Made by a program: the position numbers and the translations under genes. The notes below the pieces were generated by a model. The model ran no database searches, was not told the DNA's origin, and saw only the letters and a program-made list of their open reading frames with translations. Of a stretch of 64,000 nt of DNA, positions 1 to 10,929 are shown piece by piece (the first letter of the stretch is position 1; every line of letters starts with the position of its first letter). Source of the DNA: an uncultured Planctomycetota bacterium (GTDB lineage Bacteria; Planctomycetota; Planctomycetia; Isosphaerales; Isosphaeraceae). The stretch is from positions 1 through 64,000 of the forward strand of contig CAWAAW010000040.1 of assembly GCA_963779785.1 (NCBI GenBank), read 5' to 3'.

Positions 1-911
1 CGCCGACCGCCACGCTGGGACTCGTCGCGGTGGCGACGACCCTGGTGCCTGTCGAGCACGGATCGTTTCTTGTGGGTACTGGGAGCCGTCTTGCGTGCCG
101 TTTCTGGAATTCAAGCACAGATCCCGCGTCGAGCCGAGGCGATCCCCATGCGCGATGACTTCCGCATCGCCTCAACCGCGCGGTTTGGTTTCCTGGCAGT
201 TCACAGCGGCGTTCGGGTTCTGGCTGGCAATGTTTCAGGTACCTCTGGACTCACGCCACAAGCGCTATCCCCAAGCTGACGCCAGTGAAAGTCCTTACAC
301 CCTCACTGAGGAGACAATGCCTGCCGCCTGGGGAAGCTGGCAACGGCTGGGCTTCGAAGGTGCCAGGCATCGGCCCGCGGGCCATTCCCTTGGGAGTCGT
401 TCGCGCGTCTGGCGTTACCGGTGGGGCTCCGGTTCAGGTGGAGGCTTGCCGTCGATGATCCCGCCCCATCGAGTGGGGGGGCTTGACGCCATACTTCCAG
501 AGCCTTGGCTGGTTACGGTGACGGAATGGACCGGAAGCGTCGAGGGGGTCGTCAGCAAATCCTCCCGCGAGTACCGACTGGATAAGCCTCTGGGGCGTTC
601 CGCTGTGATGTTCGTGGGCCGGTTCGACGCCCAGGAGCAGCCTATCGACGTGCGCCTTCCAGCCGTCGCTTTGATCAACCGGGGTCCTTCTTCTCACCGC
701 TTGTCGAGCCAGGCGGGCCGGCGGCCGCCAGCCACCAGGTCGAGCTACTCGTGGAGAGTCTGCGGCCCCTGACCGACAAACGAGACGGGGCAAGCCCGGT
801 GTTTTCTTTCGCTTCGCGCAGCATCTCCTGCACTAATTCGCCCGGCAGCCCGAGGAGGTCCGACCGTGACGTCCACCGTGGAATCGCACTCAGCGCGGTT
901 GGGTCTCGCGA

Positions 912-2163
912 TTGCTCCCGTTCCTGGCGAGTCTACCAGTCCTGATCTGCGGTGCGCTCACTGTTGCAGTCTGGCCGCCGCCAAGCAGGATTTTTCTCCA
1001 GCGATGGCGTCCTCTGTACCAAGGCCGGGCGGAGGGGGCCTTTGCCGCCGGCGACTACCGGACCGCCCGACTATGCTTTGAGCGACTAGCCCTGGAAGAC
1101 GGCCGTCCCGAATCTATTTACGCACTGTCACGGAGCTGCTGGTGTCTCGGCGAAAAAGAGAGAGCCGCGGCACTACTCGCGAGAATCGCACCGGTCGCCG
1201 GCGGCGGACGGCTACATCCCCGCTCACCTGTGGCAGGCCCAGACTCCCGCTGTCCGGAGTCAAGCAATCGGCGTTGTCGAGACGAACCGCACAAGACCAC
1301 TTGCGGCGCGTTCTGGCCGGTGATCCGGATTCTCTGGAAGCACACACCATGCTCGGCGGGCTAGCTCTGGAAGCCGGCCACCTGGATGAGAGCGAGACCC
1401 ATCTGGCAAGAGCCGCTCCCTCGATGCCTGAGTTGAACCTGTCGCTGGCCCGCTTGTATGATCTGCGGCACGATGTCGAGCGATCCCACCAACATGCCGG
1501 GCAGGCGGCGACGTTCTTCCGCTGCCCCGAGCCGACGCAACGAAAACAATGTCGCGGCGCCATTGAGTTGGTCACAGGGTGAGGTGTTACGGCAAGGACT
1601 TCCCCGCCGCATTGTCCATCTTGCAAGAAGGGCTGCGCCGCCAGCCCGACCCGCGCTACGCCGATGCCCCGCATGCCGACGCGGCTTTCTCGGACTTCAG
1701 GGGGCGCAACCCCGCGAGCGCGCCGGCCGATCGTCTGCATCTCGTCAGCGAGCCCCCGGCACAAACGGCAAGTACGTGCCGGCACTCCACCTGCTCCTCG
1801 CCCTGACTCGTGACCAGCGCCCTGTGGGAAAGTCGTTTCGTGCCACTCTCTACCGCGATATTCACCGGGGACATAAACCGGCCCTGGTCCACCTCCTCCT
1901 GGGAATCGACTCCGAACGTCAGGGCAGGCCCGAAGAAGCGCGGCATGACTTTGACCGGGCGTTTCGCAACAACTCGGAGATGGTCGCCCTGGCCAATGAC
2001 CTGGCGCGAGACTCGACGCCACGGAGCTGACCGACCGCGACACCGCACTGGCGATCATCAACGCCGCCATCGAAATTTGGCCCAACCCGTTGCGTTTGCG
2101 CCCACCAGGGGTCACATCCTCGCGAAACTGGGGCGTTGGAAGGAGGCAATCGCCGATCTCTAG
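912..2163 (+). CDS. TPR-repeat protein, readable only by joining ORFs in three frames (apparent frameshifts near ~1360, ~1580 and ~2030)
   Basis: TPR-like helical repeats with small/hydrophobic periodicity read in ORFs 912-1364, 1142-1582, 1458-2030 and 1810-2163 (e.g. LARLYDLRHDVERSH, AFRNNSEMVALANDLARD, GHILAKLGRWKEAIADL). No single intact frame. Confidence 0.45.
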
Positions 2164-2491
2164 GCGGGCCACCGGCCCGGACCGACAAGGAGCCGACCTA
2201 CCGGACTCTCGCGGAGTGCTGCGAAGATCGGCATGGCCGAGGTGGCCGTCGAGACAGACGCCCTGCCGGGATTGATCGCCACCAGATGATCGCGGAAAAC
2301 AAATCCGTCTCTCATGATCTGGAACATGGCGCTGAGACTTTTCGGTAAAGTCAAGGAGCCCACTGGCTCTTCGTCTTTGCCACCTCGCCCCTTAGGGAGA
2401 GCCGCCGAAGGCCGGGTGACGGGGTCCGGGCGGTGGTGCTCGGGAGGGGTGTCGAAAAGAGAACCCGGGTGGCACGACACCGAGGTACTCG

Positions 2492-2620
2492 AGAACTCGG
2501 GACCAAGGAATTCGGGGGTCAAGGAACTGGGGGTCAGACGTATAAAGGAACTCGAATCGGGGGTTAGATGTTGAACTCGGGCGTCAGACGTGAATGGCAT
2601 GTAAGCTTGGGGTTTAGAAT
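2492..2620. repeat. degenerate short tandem repeat (about 5 units of GAACTCGGGGGTCAGACG-like sequence, 15-25 bp period) abutting the distal end of the CRISPR array
   Basis: Direct reading gives gaactcgggaccaag / gaattcgggggtcaag / gaactgggggtcagacg.. / gaactcgaatcgggggttagatg / gaactcgggcgtcagacg... Confidence 0.4.
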
Positions 2621-4141
2621 GTTTCAATCCTTGTTGTCGTGGATTGGTCGCGTCAACGAGGCTGGGAAAGGCTACGGTCGCGAGCAAGCGATGTTTCAAT
2701 CCTTGTTGTCGTGGATTGGTCGCGTCAACTCCTCGCGCCGGCGGTTATGCAGGACAGACGATGTTTCAATCCTTGTTGTCGTGGATTGGTCGCGTCAACC
2801 TGCAGGGCATCGTGCTGATGGGGCTGCGACTGGCTGTTTCAATCCTTGTTGTCGTGGATTGGTCGCGTCAACACCGCATCGTGACTCCCGATCGGTCGCC
2901 CTGCCATGTTTCAATCCTTGTTGTCGTGGATTGGTCGCGTCAACATGCGCATGGGCGTAAGGATCTGCGCTCGCCGCGGGCTGTTTCAATCCTTGTTGTC
3001 GTGGATTGGTCGCGTCAACACCTCTTGAGTAGACCGCTCTGGCGACGGACTACTCGGTTTCAATCCTTGTTGTCGTGGATTGGTCGCGTCAACACTGGAT
3101 CAGCGCGGCCAGCCGACACCGCCACGCGAAGTTTCAATCCTTGTTGTCGTGGATTGGTCGCGTCAACACCGGGAAGATCGGGTCGCCGTAAACTTCAATG
3201 TTTCAATCCTTGTTGTCGTGGATTGGTCGCGTCAACTGCTGGGCGCCTATGATTGCTGATGTTCCGTCTGGTACAGGTTTCAATCCTTGTTGTCGTGGAT
3301 TGGTCGCGTCAACGCGTTCGTCCAAAGCGGGATCACTCCGTCGATGCCGGACCCGTCTGGTTTCAATCCTTGTTGTCGTGGATTGGTCGCGTCAACAAGC
3401 TCGCCTGCGAACCTCGGCGGCGTGTCTCGAGGTGTTTCAATCCTTGTTGTCGTGGATTGGTCGCGTCAACACGCTGGCTCGTTTCCGGCACGGCGATTCG
3501 TCGACCGTGTTTCAATCCTTGTTGTCGTGGATTGGTCGCGTCAACACCGCGGCGCCTTCGACCTGCGGAGTCGCGACTCAGATGTTTCAATCCTTGTTGT
3601 CGTGGATTGGTCGCGTCAACCGCGATGCGCCGGAGCTTCGAGCGCGGGTCGACGCATGTTTCAATCCTTGTTGTCGTGGATTGGTCGCGTCAACCTCAGC
3701 CGAACGATCCACCGCTGGTCACGATTGAACGTGTTTCAATCCTTGTTGTCGTGGATTGGTCGCGTCAACCAGGTCGCCGAGCTACTCTGTCCGTTGCCCC
3801 TCTAAGTTTCAATCCTTGTTGTCGTGGATTGGTCGCGTCAACTCCGGCTCGCATGCCCGATGCATCAGATTCGCGACAGGTTTCAATCCTTGTTGTCGTG
3901 GATTGGTCGCGTCAACCCAGCCTGCGGTGCGTCGATTCCAGGCCTGACCAACCGGGTTTCAATCCTTGTTGTCGTGGATTGGTCGCGTCAACACTCGGTC
4001 GCTCACGATCGGATATGATTGCGTTAGCGATGTTTCAATCCTTGTTGTCGTGGATTGGTCGCGTCAACACTGAACCGCCATCGAGCCAGCAGCGCCTGGC
4101 CGAGGTTTCAATCCTTGTTGTCGTGGATTGGTCGCGTCAAC
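2621..4141 (-). CRISPR. CRISPR array with 21 identical 37-bp repeats (GTTTCAATCCTTGTTGTCGTGGATTGGTCGCGTCAAC on the + strand) and 20 unique spacers of 33-39 bp
   Basis: Repeat starts counted at 2621, 2693, 2763 ... 4032, 4105, and all copies are identical. The reverse complement ends in ...GGATTGAAAC, and the AT-richer leader-like sequence plus the cas1-cas2-cas4 genes lie on the high-coordinate side, so transcription is inferred on the minus strand. The six-frame ORFs across the array repeat the same peptides (FNPCCRGLVAST, VSILVVVDWSRQ) and are artefacts. Confidence 0.97.
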
Positions 4142-4314
4142 CCCTCTGGTACCCCAAGTTATAATATGCCCTAGGGTTATGCCGCAAGTGCTCAAGTACG
4201 AAAAGGGAGCGATCGCGGCATAACCGGCCATCGCCGACACACTTTCCAGAATGGCTTGCATGGCAATGCTGGATGTAAGTCATGGTGACGCAACCGGTTG
4301 AGGAAACGAAAGGC
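4142..4314 (-). promoter_or_regulatory. putative CRISPR leader lying between the cas4 stop and the first repeat
   Basis: It is AT-richer than its surroundings (ccaagttataatatgccctagg...) and contains a hairpin with a perfect 11-bp stem, GGTTATGCCGC (4175-4185) paired with GCGGCATAACC (4215-4225). Confidence 0.45.
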
Positions 4315-4908
4315 TCAGACGCAAATAAATCGGTAGCAGCAGTCGACGCAATGGGACGGCGCTGCCCGCCGAGGAAGTTTGCCCCGTTGGATCACATCGA
4401 GGATCTCCCGCACGGCCTGGCCGATCCTGCGGAAATCCTCTGGTTGATAGGTGATCTCGACCACGCTGTTCTTGCTGCGGGTGTAGACGAGAAACCCACG
4501 GCGAACCGGGACCTGGAAGTTTTCCCGGATCAGTAACGCATAGATGGCCGACTGGAGGCGGAGTGTCGTGTAGACTCGGCCCGGATCCTTGGCGAACTTG
4601 TAGTCCAGAGGGCCGGCTGACCCGTCGTCAAAGAAGAGTACCTCGTCGAGTCGGCCGCGGAGATGATGCCGACGGCTGATCAGGCTCACGTCGATCCGCT
4701 TCTCTTTCACGCCGAGCCGTTTCCTCAGGTAGGCGCGGTTGGTCGCCTCGCGGACCGCGTGGAGCGTCCGGCCGCGCCGGACCTTCTCGCGACGCTCCTG
4801 AAATTCGGGTAGGGCCAGGTGCCGCTCGAAATAGGTGAAGCGTCCGCAGAATAAGTGCTCCAGCAAGTCGCTGGGGGTAAGCAGAACCTCTTGGAAGTCA
4901 AGATCCAT
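4315..4908 (-). CDS. cas4: Cas4 (RecB-like nuclease with a 4-Cys Fe-S motif)
   Basis: A 197-aa protein with an N-terminal Cys (LFCGRF) and a C-terminal CVDCCYRFIC cluster, of Cas4 size. It lies immediately downstream of cas2. Confidence 0.85.
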   Translation of the reverse strand: MDLDFQEVLLTPSDLLEHLFCGRFTYFERHLALPEFQERREKVRRGRTLHAVREATNRAYLRKRLGVKEKRIDVSLISRRHHLRGRLDEVLFFDDGSAGPLDYKFAKDPGRVYTTLRLQSAIYALLIRENFQVPVRRGFLVYTRSKNSVVEITYQPEDFRRIGQAVREILDVIQRGKLPRRAAPSHCVDCCYRFICV

Positions 4909-4965
4909 GATGGTGCCTCTCTATTCCTTCCCGCGCATCGCCAGATCGCGATCACGGAAAACTCG

Positions 4966-5256
4966 TCAGATCAAAAGAGTGCGCACTTCGTCACAAACCA
5001 TTTTCTCGTCGAACGCCTGACCCAGCAGGTTCACCTTGGAGAAATCCGGCCGGCACATGGGGAAGATGTAGACCGAATCGCAGTCCTCGTCGATCAGGGC
5101 TTCGAGACGAAGACCCAGCTCGTCGCGTTCATTCTCGTTGAGCGTGCCCAAGAACACGCTCTTCTGCACGCGGTACAGGCCGGCCTGGAGGCACGCCTTC
5201 GCCGCCTTGCTTCGTGTGCCATCGATCACGATGTCATAAATCACCCAAGTCAACAT
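4966..5256 (-). CDS. cas2: Cas2
   Basis: The protein reads MLTWVIYDIVIDGTRSKAAKACLQAGLYRVQKSVFLGTLNENERDELGL..., about 97 aa from the internal Met. The ORF is open up to 5331. It overlaps the cas1 stop. Confidence 0.85.
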   Translation of the reverse strand: MLTWVIYDIVIDGTRSKAAKACLQAGLYRVQKSVFLGTLNENERDELGLRLEALIDEDCDSVYIFPMCRPDFSKVNLLGQAFDEKMVCDEVRTLLI

Positions 5257-6490
5257 CACTGTTTCCTTCTTCATCGAATGTAGCCGGGAGCTGGGATGCC
5301 CTGCCGTTGGCCCCGCCGGGAATTCCGGCATCCTGCTGCCGCGGCGGGTCGTCCCCGCGGTCGGCGCCGTCCTCGTCCAGTGTGGGCGAGTCGATAACGA
5401 CTCGGTCTTCTGATGAGGCCGTCTGATCGCCCGAGACCGACGTCAAAGCCGATGACTCGCCTGCCAGCTCCGCCGCAAGGTCGAAAACGCTCAGGTCGAC
5501 ATCCTGGTCGTCGTCCAGCCCCCGCAGTAATCGGCCCGCCAGGCGCTGGCATTCGTAGACGATCGTGTCGCGGATCTTGAGCCGGCGACGACCGTGATGC
5601 TTCATCCGATCGAGATACTCGTTGAGCGTGCTGAGGAGCAGTGCGCGTCCCTCGGCGTTGAGCCGAAGTCCCCCATCGACCTGTTCGAACAGCTCAGCCT
5701 TGACCTTCCGCGCCGCGAACAGGTTGATGACCACGCGCTCGGCATGCACGCGATGGAACTCAATCAAGTCATACACAAGTGATGGTTTGTTGTAGTTGTC
5801 GGTGTGCATCAGGCCAATGCAAGGGTCGAGTCCGCAGAGGAGGCAGGCCCGCTCGACAAGGGAATAAAGGACGCCGTACGCGTAATTGATCAGGCAATTG
5901 AACTCGTCCTTGGCGGGAGACCGGCTGCGGCCTTGGAAGCGGAATCGCTCGGGCAGGGCGAGGCTGAGTGCGCCGAAATACTCGCGGCCGGCGACACCTT
6001 CCAGACCCATGAGGGAGCCGCGCAGCTCGTCGATAGCGGCGCCCTTGAGTCCGCCGACGATATCGGCCAGCTTGTCGAGCCGGACGGCAACGGCTTCCAG
6101 CTCGTCGGCGCGGTCGGGACGGGTCCGCGCCAGCTCGCGGAGCAGCCCGGCCTGGTGACCGATCTTGCCCTGGACCCATTCGCCGGCCAGGATGATGCCC
6201 TCCTCGGTCTCGGCGATTTCGAGCAACCGGCGCCGCAGCCGGTTGGTCGAGCCCAGCCGGGAGTGCCAAAACCGCCCGTACGGCTCGCCGAACTTGTCCA
6301 GGAGCGCGATGTCGATATGGTGCTCAAGCGCCAGCCGGATCGCGTCGGTCGAGAGATGAACGCCCGTCGTCAGCATGATCGACTGGACTTTCCGCGGCGA
6401 GATCAGCGCTTGCCGATCGCCTGCGCGGACCAGGAACATGTTGTCCTTCTTGCGCAGGCTCGCGCCGAAGGTGTTGAGGAGCAGTTGCAT
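5234..6490 (-). CDS. cas1: Cas1 integrase (418 aa) with an acidic low-complexity C-terminal tail of about 95 aa
   Basis: The N-terminus reads MQLLLNTFGASLRKKDNMFLV..., and the Cas1 core motifs NCLINYAYGVLYSLVERACL, GLMHTDNY and DLIEFHR are present. The tail is D/E/S-rich. Confidence 0.9.
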   Translation of the reverse strand: MQLLLNTFGASLRKKDNMFLVRAGDRQALISPRKVQSIMLTTGVHLSTDAIRLALEHHIDIALLDKFGEPYGRFWHSRLGSTNRLRRRLLEIAETEEGIILAGEWVQGKIGHQAGLLRELARTRPDRADELEAVAVRLDKLADIVGGLKGAAIDELRGSLMGLEGVAGREYFGALSLALPERFRFQGRSRSPAKDEFNCLINYAYGVLYSLVERACLLCGLDPCIGLMHTDNYNKPSLVYDLIEFHRVHAERVVINLFAARKVKAELFEQVDGGLRLNAEGRALLLSTLNEYLDRMKHHGRRRLKIRDTIVYECQRLAGRLLRGLDDDQDVDLSVFDLAAELAGESSALTSVSGDQTASSEDRVVIDSPTLDEDGADRGDDPPRQQDAGIPGGANGRASQLPATFDEEGNSDVDLGDL

Positions 6491-6603
6491 GGGCGGGTTC
6501 CCGAGAAAATGGTGATTCCTGGAGGGTACCCTCTTGCCGACAAGAATCGAGACAGGGGTATACGATATACCTCGATTCAGTAGCCGTCAACGGGAGAACG
6601 TAT

Positions 6604-8039
6604 TTGGCTGTGAGGTCGTCCGGGAGAACCCATGGCAAGTGCGACCATCCACATCAGGGTGCGCGCGTGAAGATTGAAGGTGGCTTGCAACCCTTTCAGC
6701 GTCAGGTGCGCTTGACGCCTTGGCCGACAGCCTGCGTGCGCATTGTTCGCGTCGAAGCGCGAGTGGGATCCGGAAAGAGCCAGGTTATCCGTCGACCTGC
6801 TGGAACAGCCTAGCGATGGACGGCCGCTGGTTCTCCACCTACCCGACGAAGATCCTGATGGATGCCCAGGTCGGTGCATTCCGCGCAGCGAGCCGATGAA
6901 GCGCGGCCGGGACGTCGTGTCTGGCGAGACCCCGACACGGATTTCCGCGCCGGGGGCCGTCAACCTTGTCAATTACTCCACGGATAGCCTGCTGAAGCTC
7001 CTCCGCCGCACGCGGCCGGAGACCGAACTCGGCAAGAAGGGTGACCTTCTCAGTCAGCTATTCTTGAGCCTGCATGGTTCCAGCCTTGAGCAAGCTCTGG
7101 TCACCACGCCCGATGTCCTGCATTTGATGCAAAACAAAAGTATGGAGGATCGCAAATGCTCCAGCGGCACCCTCGCCGCTGGAGGACTCTTCGTATTTGA
7201 CGAGTTTCACCTATATCACAAGCTGAAAAACTTCGTGCCACTGCTGGAAGAAATCCTCACGAATGGAACGGCCGGATCGTTTTTCTTTCCGGCGACGCCG
7301 GTAGAAAGTCAGGAACTGCGTGAGTTGTTTGGCCGCTTTCCACCCGCAACGATCCGGTTTCTCACCCGGATCTCGGTTGGCACGGCCCGACGCCGCGGGA
7401 CATCGCACCTTCCAACTATCCCCTCGAAGTCCGGCTCGTAGTCATTCCAGACAACCCACCTGGAAGAGTGGGTTCAGCGACTCAAGGAGCTTCTGCCCGC
7501 TCTACCACGGCGGGCCGCCGTCATCCTGGACAGTGTCCACCGGGTCCAATGGCTCCAGCGACGGCTCGCCCCCTTCGCCCAGAAGGAGGGATTGGAATTC
7601 CGCGACAATGGAGCGGCTTGCAAAATAGGACCGGGTCGTTGGACCGATCGCACAGTCGTGCTCGGGACGTCTGCCATCGAGGTGGGTATCGATATGCCAT
7701 TCCGCTCCCTCATCATGGAAGCGAACTTCTGGACTTCGGCCATCCACTGCCTGGGCCGGGTTGGGCGATTCGGGGAGGGGATGGCCGTTATATTCTCTCG
7801 GGAGGTCCTTCGAACCGTACCTAAACGGTCGAACTGTTTGGGATCGCAACGTTTTTGAAGAGGAGGTCTTGCGGCAAGCAATGCTCGAACCCTCCGACGA
7901 GATGGTCGGCGGGGAGATGTTCCGCGGCGACAGCTATGGCTTTACACTCATCGATGACGAAATGGCCGTCCCTGCTTCTACGACCAGACGATCTTCGCCC
8001 TGTTCGACATCTATGATCCGGTCGACAACTGGCGGCTGA
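6604..8039 (+). CDS. cas3: Cas3'-like SF2 helicase with no HD domain, fragmented across at least three frames
   Basis: There is a Walker-A-like GSGKS at ~6766, motif II LFVFDEFHLY at ~7200, motif V GTSAIEVGIDM and motif VI HCLGRVGRFGEG at ~7640-7760. There is no room for an HD domain between the cas1 start (6490) and motif I. The pieces lie in ORFs 6604-6813, 6743-7441, 7468-7824, 7592-7858 and 7761-8039. Confidence 0.55.
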
Positions 8040-8041
8040 TG

Positions 8042-9352
8042 AGCCTCAATGAGAAACGGGAAGCTCTCCGTGAGTGGAAGGTCTGCCGAGACGCGGTTGA
8101 GGAGATTCTTTCTGCGGATTGATCGTCCCATTCTGGGAATCATGCGAGGGTCGCTACGGGTGAAGTACCAGCGGGTTGAGTGTTGTCGGGAGAGTGAGGA
8201 CGGCTTAGACTTATCTTTGCGGGTCGCCGGTACTTTTTCAGCGAGAGCAGGGTCCCGCGTGACCGGAATCAAGCCTATGGATCATCGCGAGGCTCTAGAA
8301 TACTCCGTCCGCAGTGGCTTAGCGGCGCATGGGCAAAGAGTAACGGCGAGCTGTTGTGGGCTCATAGTTATAGGGTGTGGAGCGTCGGTCGAAAACTCGC
8401 GAAGTTCGTTCTATTCCTCTGCGCCCGGAGGAAACCCGTTTGCTCTCGAGCCCTGACGCCGCCTAACCCACGACATCCTTAGCGTGAGAAAGAGTGCCAG
8501 GTCCGCCTCCGAAGTGGGCAAAGAGCAGGCAAGCACAAGCTGGAGCTCGCGAATCTAAGTAGCTACTTCCGCGACGAATTGCGGACCGCATCCCGCTCAG
8601 CGACGAGCAGATCCGCCAGATATTGGAAATCCACGCACCCACCACAGCGTTTCCGGCGCCGATATCCGAGCCCAGACGTTTGCACGGGCCGGGCTGCTCG
8701 GCCGACTGCTGATGACCGCCGACTGGATCGCTCTCAATGGAGGAGGCCGACTTCGAGACACTGGCCCGGCTCCAGAACTTATTCGGGGGACCGATCCGTC
8801 CCAAAACCCTCTCTCTAGCGCTACCTCTGGTTTTCGGCGTTTCCCGTCGCCGACGAGTTACGTCGTCGTTCGGGTAGCTCTGGCCCATACAGAGAGCAGC
8901 GGCCGGAAGCCCGCTCGTCACCCTCCCGCAGGGAGCGATCTTTGCGGCCCCTCCGGGCAGAAACGACCGTCCCGTTGCCAGGTCCGGCCCAAGCGATTGA
9001 GGAGGAAATCGTCAGGCAAGTCCGCCCGACCTCTTGTCTGCCTGGTTCCCACGAAGTACTCGGTAGATCACCTGGTCCTTCTCTCCAAAACAGTCCCCCC
9101 ATCTCTTTTTGGAAACGCACAAGTCGACAATTATCCGGGAGTTGGGGTCCGTGAACCGGGCTCTGGTCTTTCAAAAGCTTGCCCGGGACATCTTGGCCGC
9201 CACGAAGAGAATTACGGAAAGAACGAAGAAGGATTGTCCGCTGCTCTCCCTCATCGATAAGTGCCCTATGAGTAACGGAGGCCATCGCAAAGCGGAAGGA
9301 GAGGTACCAGGAAATCTACCATAAGTCGCCGCCAGACACGGTCGATCGAAAG
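8042..9352 (+). other. region with no readable long ORF and lower GC; possibly the decayed N-terminal half of the large subunit or of a cas3'' HD gene
   Basis: Only short protein-like stretches are visible, in mixed frames. A type I-D cas10d of about 1000 aa would have to start near here. Confidence 0.25.
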
Positions 9353-10925
9353 ATGCTCGACCCTCTTTTCGCTGAGGCACAATTGCGTGACCTTATCCCT
9401 GTGCGTATTCCGCTTTTCGATTCCTCGACGATGCTTCCACGACTGACGGCTGGCCAGCTCTTCGACGTCCTAAAGACCTTGGCAGCGCCTGAGGAAACCG
9501 CTCCGGGGGAGAGCCGGCTATGCCGCTACATCCACACCTCGTTGCTGATGGAGGAGGATGTCGACTTCACGACGATGGCGCTGGAGATCTTCGATCGGTA
9601 CAAGACCTACAAGCAGACCTCCGACGCAGACAAGGGTGTGTGCGAGCGCCTGGCCTGTCCCGTCGCAACCAAGATGCAGCCCGCCTTGAATCTCGCAACA
9701 TCCTCGCAATACTTCTCGCAGATCAAGCCCAACCGAGACGATCGCGCAATCTGCCCACTTTGCGGCTACGATAATCTGGTGGTTCGCAAGGACGTCCCAT
9801 CCGAGAAAAATACGATGGTCTACGCTCGGATCGAGGCCAAGCTGCCCGACCTGCTGACCAACCTGCGATGGGTCGAGGAGTTGGTTACCCGTGTCGTTTC
9901 CGGCGTTCGGCACCCACGTCAGCTCCTCCGGCTCCAGGAAATCCCGGAACTGTCTCAGTTGCCATTTCCATCCAATCTCCGAATCCCTGTTTCGGAGGAG
10001 AGTAGCGAACCGTCGATTGGGTCCCGGATTCCGCTGAATGACTGCGGCCTCCTTCTCCCGTTGGAGAAGACGAACACATCGCGCAGCGTCAAGGATCTTC
10101 GCGGTCAGTTTCGAACCTGTGTACCACATCCTCAATTTCCTGGGCCTTCAGGTGGCAATCGGCACCGAAGAGCAGAAGGACCTTTTCGGCGAGCCAGTCG
10201 TCACCTTGCCGCAGAACTATCTTCAATCGCTGGCCGTCATCCTGCTCGCGGATGTACTGGACAAGAAGACAAACCGATATGTGTACGCCTCCGAGTTGAT
10301 GGCCCGCTCGCCCTCGGTCGCTCTCAGCCATGCAGTGGGCGATGGCCGTGAACGCCGCGGTCTGAAAACCGCCTTCCTGCGGGAATTCCTGAAGCATCTG
10401 GTCCGGCCGGACGTATCCGCCATTTCCAAGAAAGGAGCTGTCGGTATGAGGCGCGTCCTGGAACACGCAGCACTCCTGGCCCCGTCGTGGGTGGATGCAG
10501 ACACGCCACCTGGCGAGGATGCCCCAGCACTTGAAGACGACCCCGAGGAGCCCGTTGGCCGAAAACAAAAACGAGGTGGCATCTTGGCCTTTTGCCAATT
10601 CAAGCCCGAGGAGAGACGCAGACTTACCAAGTACATCGCCACGAAGCCAATCAGCCAGGCGTTGGATGAGCTGACGCTGGGTCGGGGCGTGGAGTTCGCT
10701 CTGGGCAAGTTCATGCAGAACTTGAGCGTTAAGATCCCCTCGGAGCAAACCGGCGAACTGAGTGCTTTCGTTGCAGACGTACTCCGGATCATCGAGTACG
10801 CCGAGGAAATCCGGCAGGAGAACCTGACCGAATTCCTTCGCTACAAGAACGGCTTGCTATCCGCCGTTTACATGTTCACTCGTTATCCAGATCTTAAGTC
10901 CGTTCTCGATTCGAGGGAGGAGTAG
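9353..10925 (+). CDS. cas10d: putative large-subunit (Cas10d/Csc3-like) C-terminal portion; ORFs 9353-10351 and 10038-10925 are joined by an apparent frameshift near 10040-10140
   Basis: It sits between the helicase and the cas7 gene, is about 520 aa readable, and has a CPLCGY CxxC motif. Assignment is by synteny rather than by recognised catalytic motifs. Confidence 0.45.
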
Positions 10926-10929
10926 CCTC

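Noticed and set aside
95-793. ORFs 95-772 (+) and 434-793 (-) at the window start
   Set aside because: Neither translation has protein-like composition, and no family was recognised. They are left unannotated.
1114-2172. 352-aa ORF on the minus strand
   Set aside because: It is antisense to the fragmented TPR gene and has an Arg/Gly/Pro-rich composition with no domain-like sequence.
2644-4164. Multiple ORFs of 130-300 aa spanning the CRISPR array
   Set aside because: These are artefacts of translating the repeats. The same peptides recur with each repeat (FNPCCRGLVAST, VSILVVVDWSRQ, FQSLLSWIGRVN).
5769-6583. ORFs 5769-6269 (-) and 5804-6583 (+) overlapping cas1
   Set aside because: They are alternative or antisense frames of the cas1 coding region and have biased composition.
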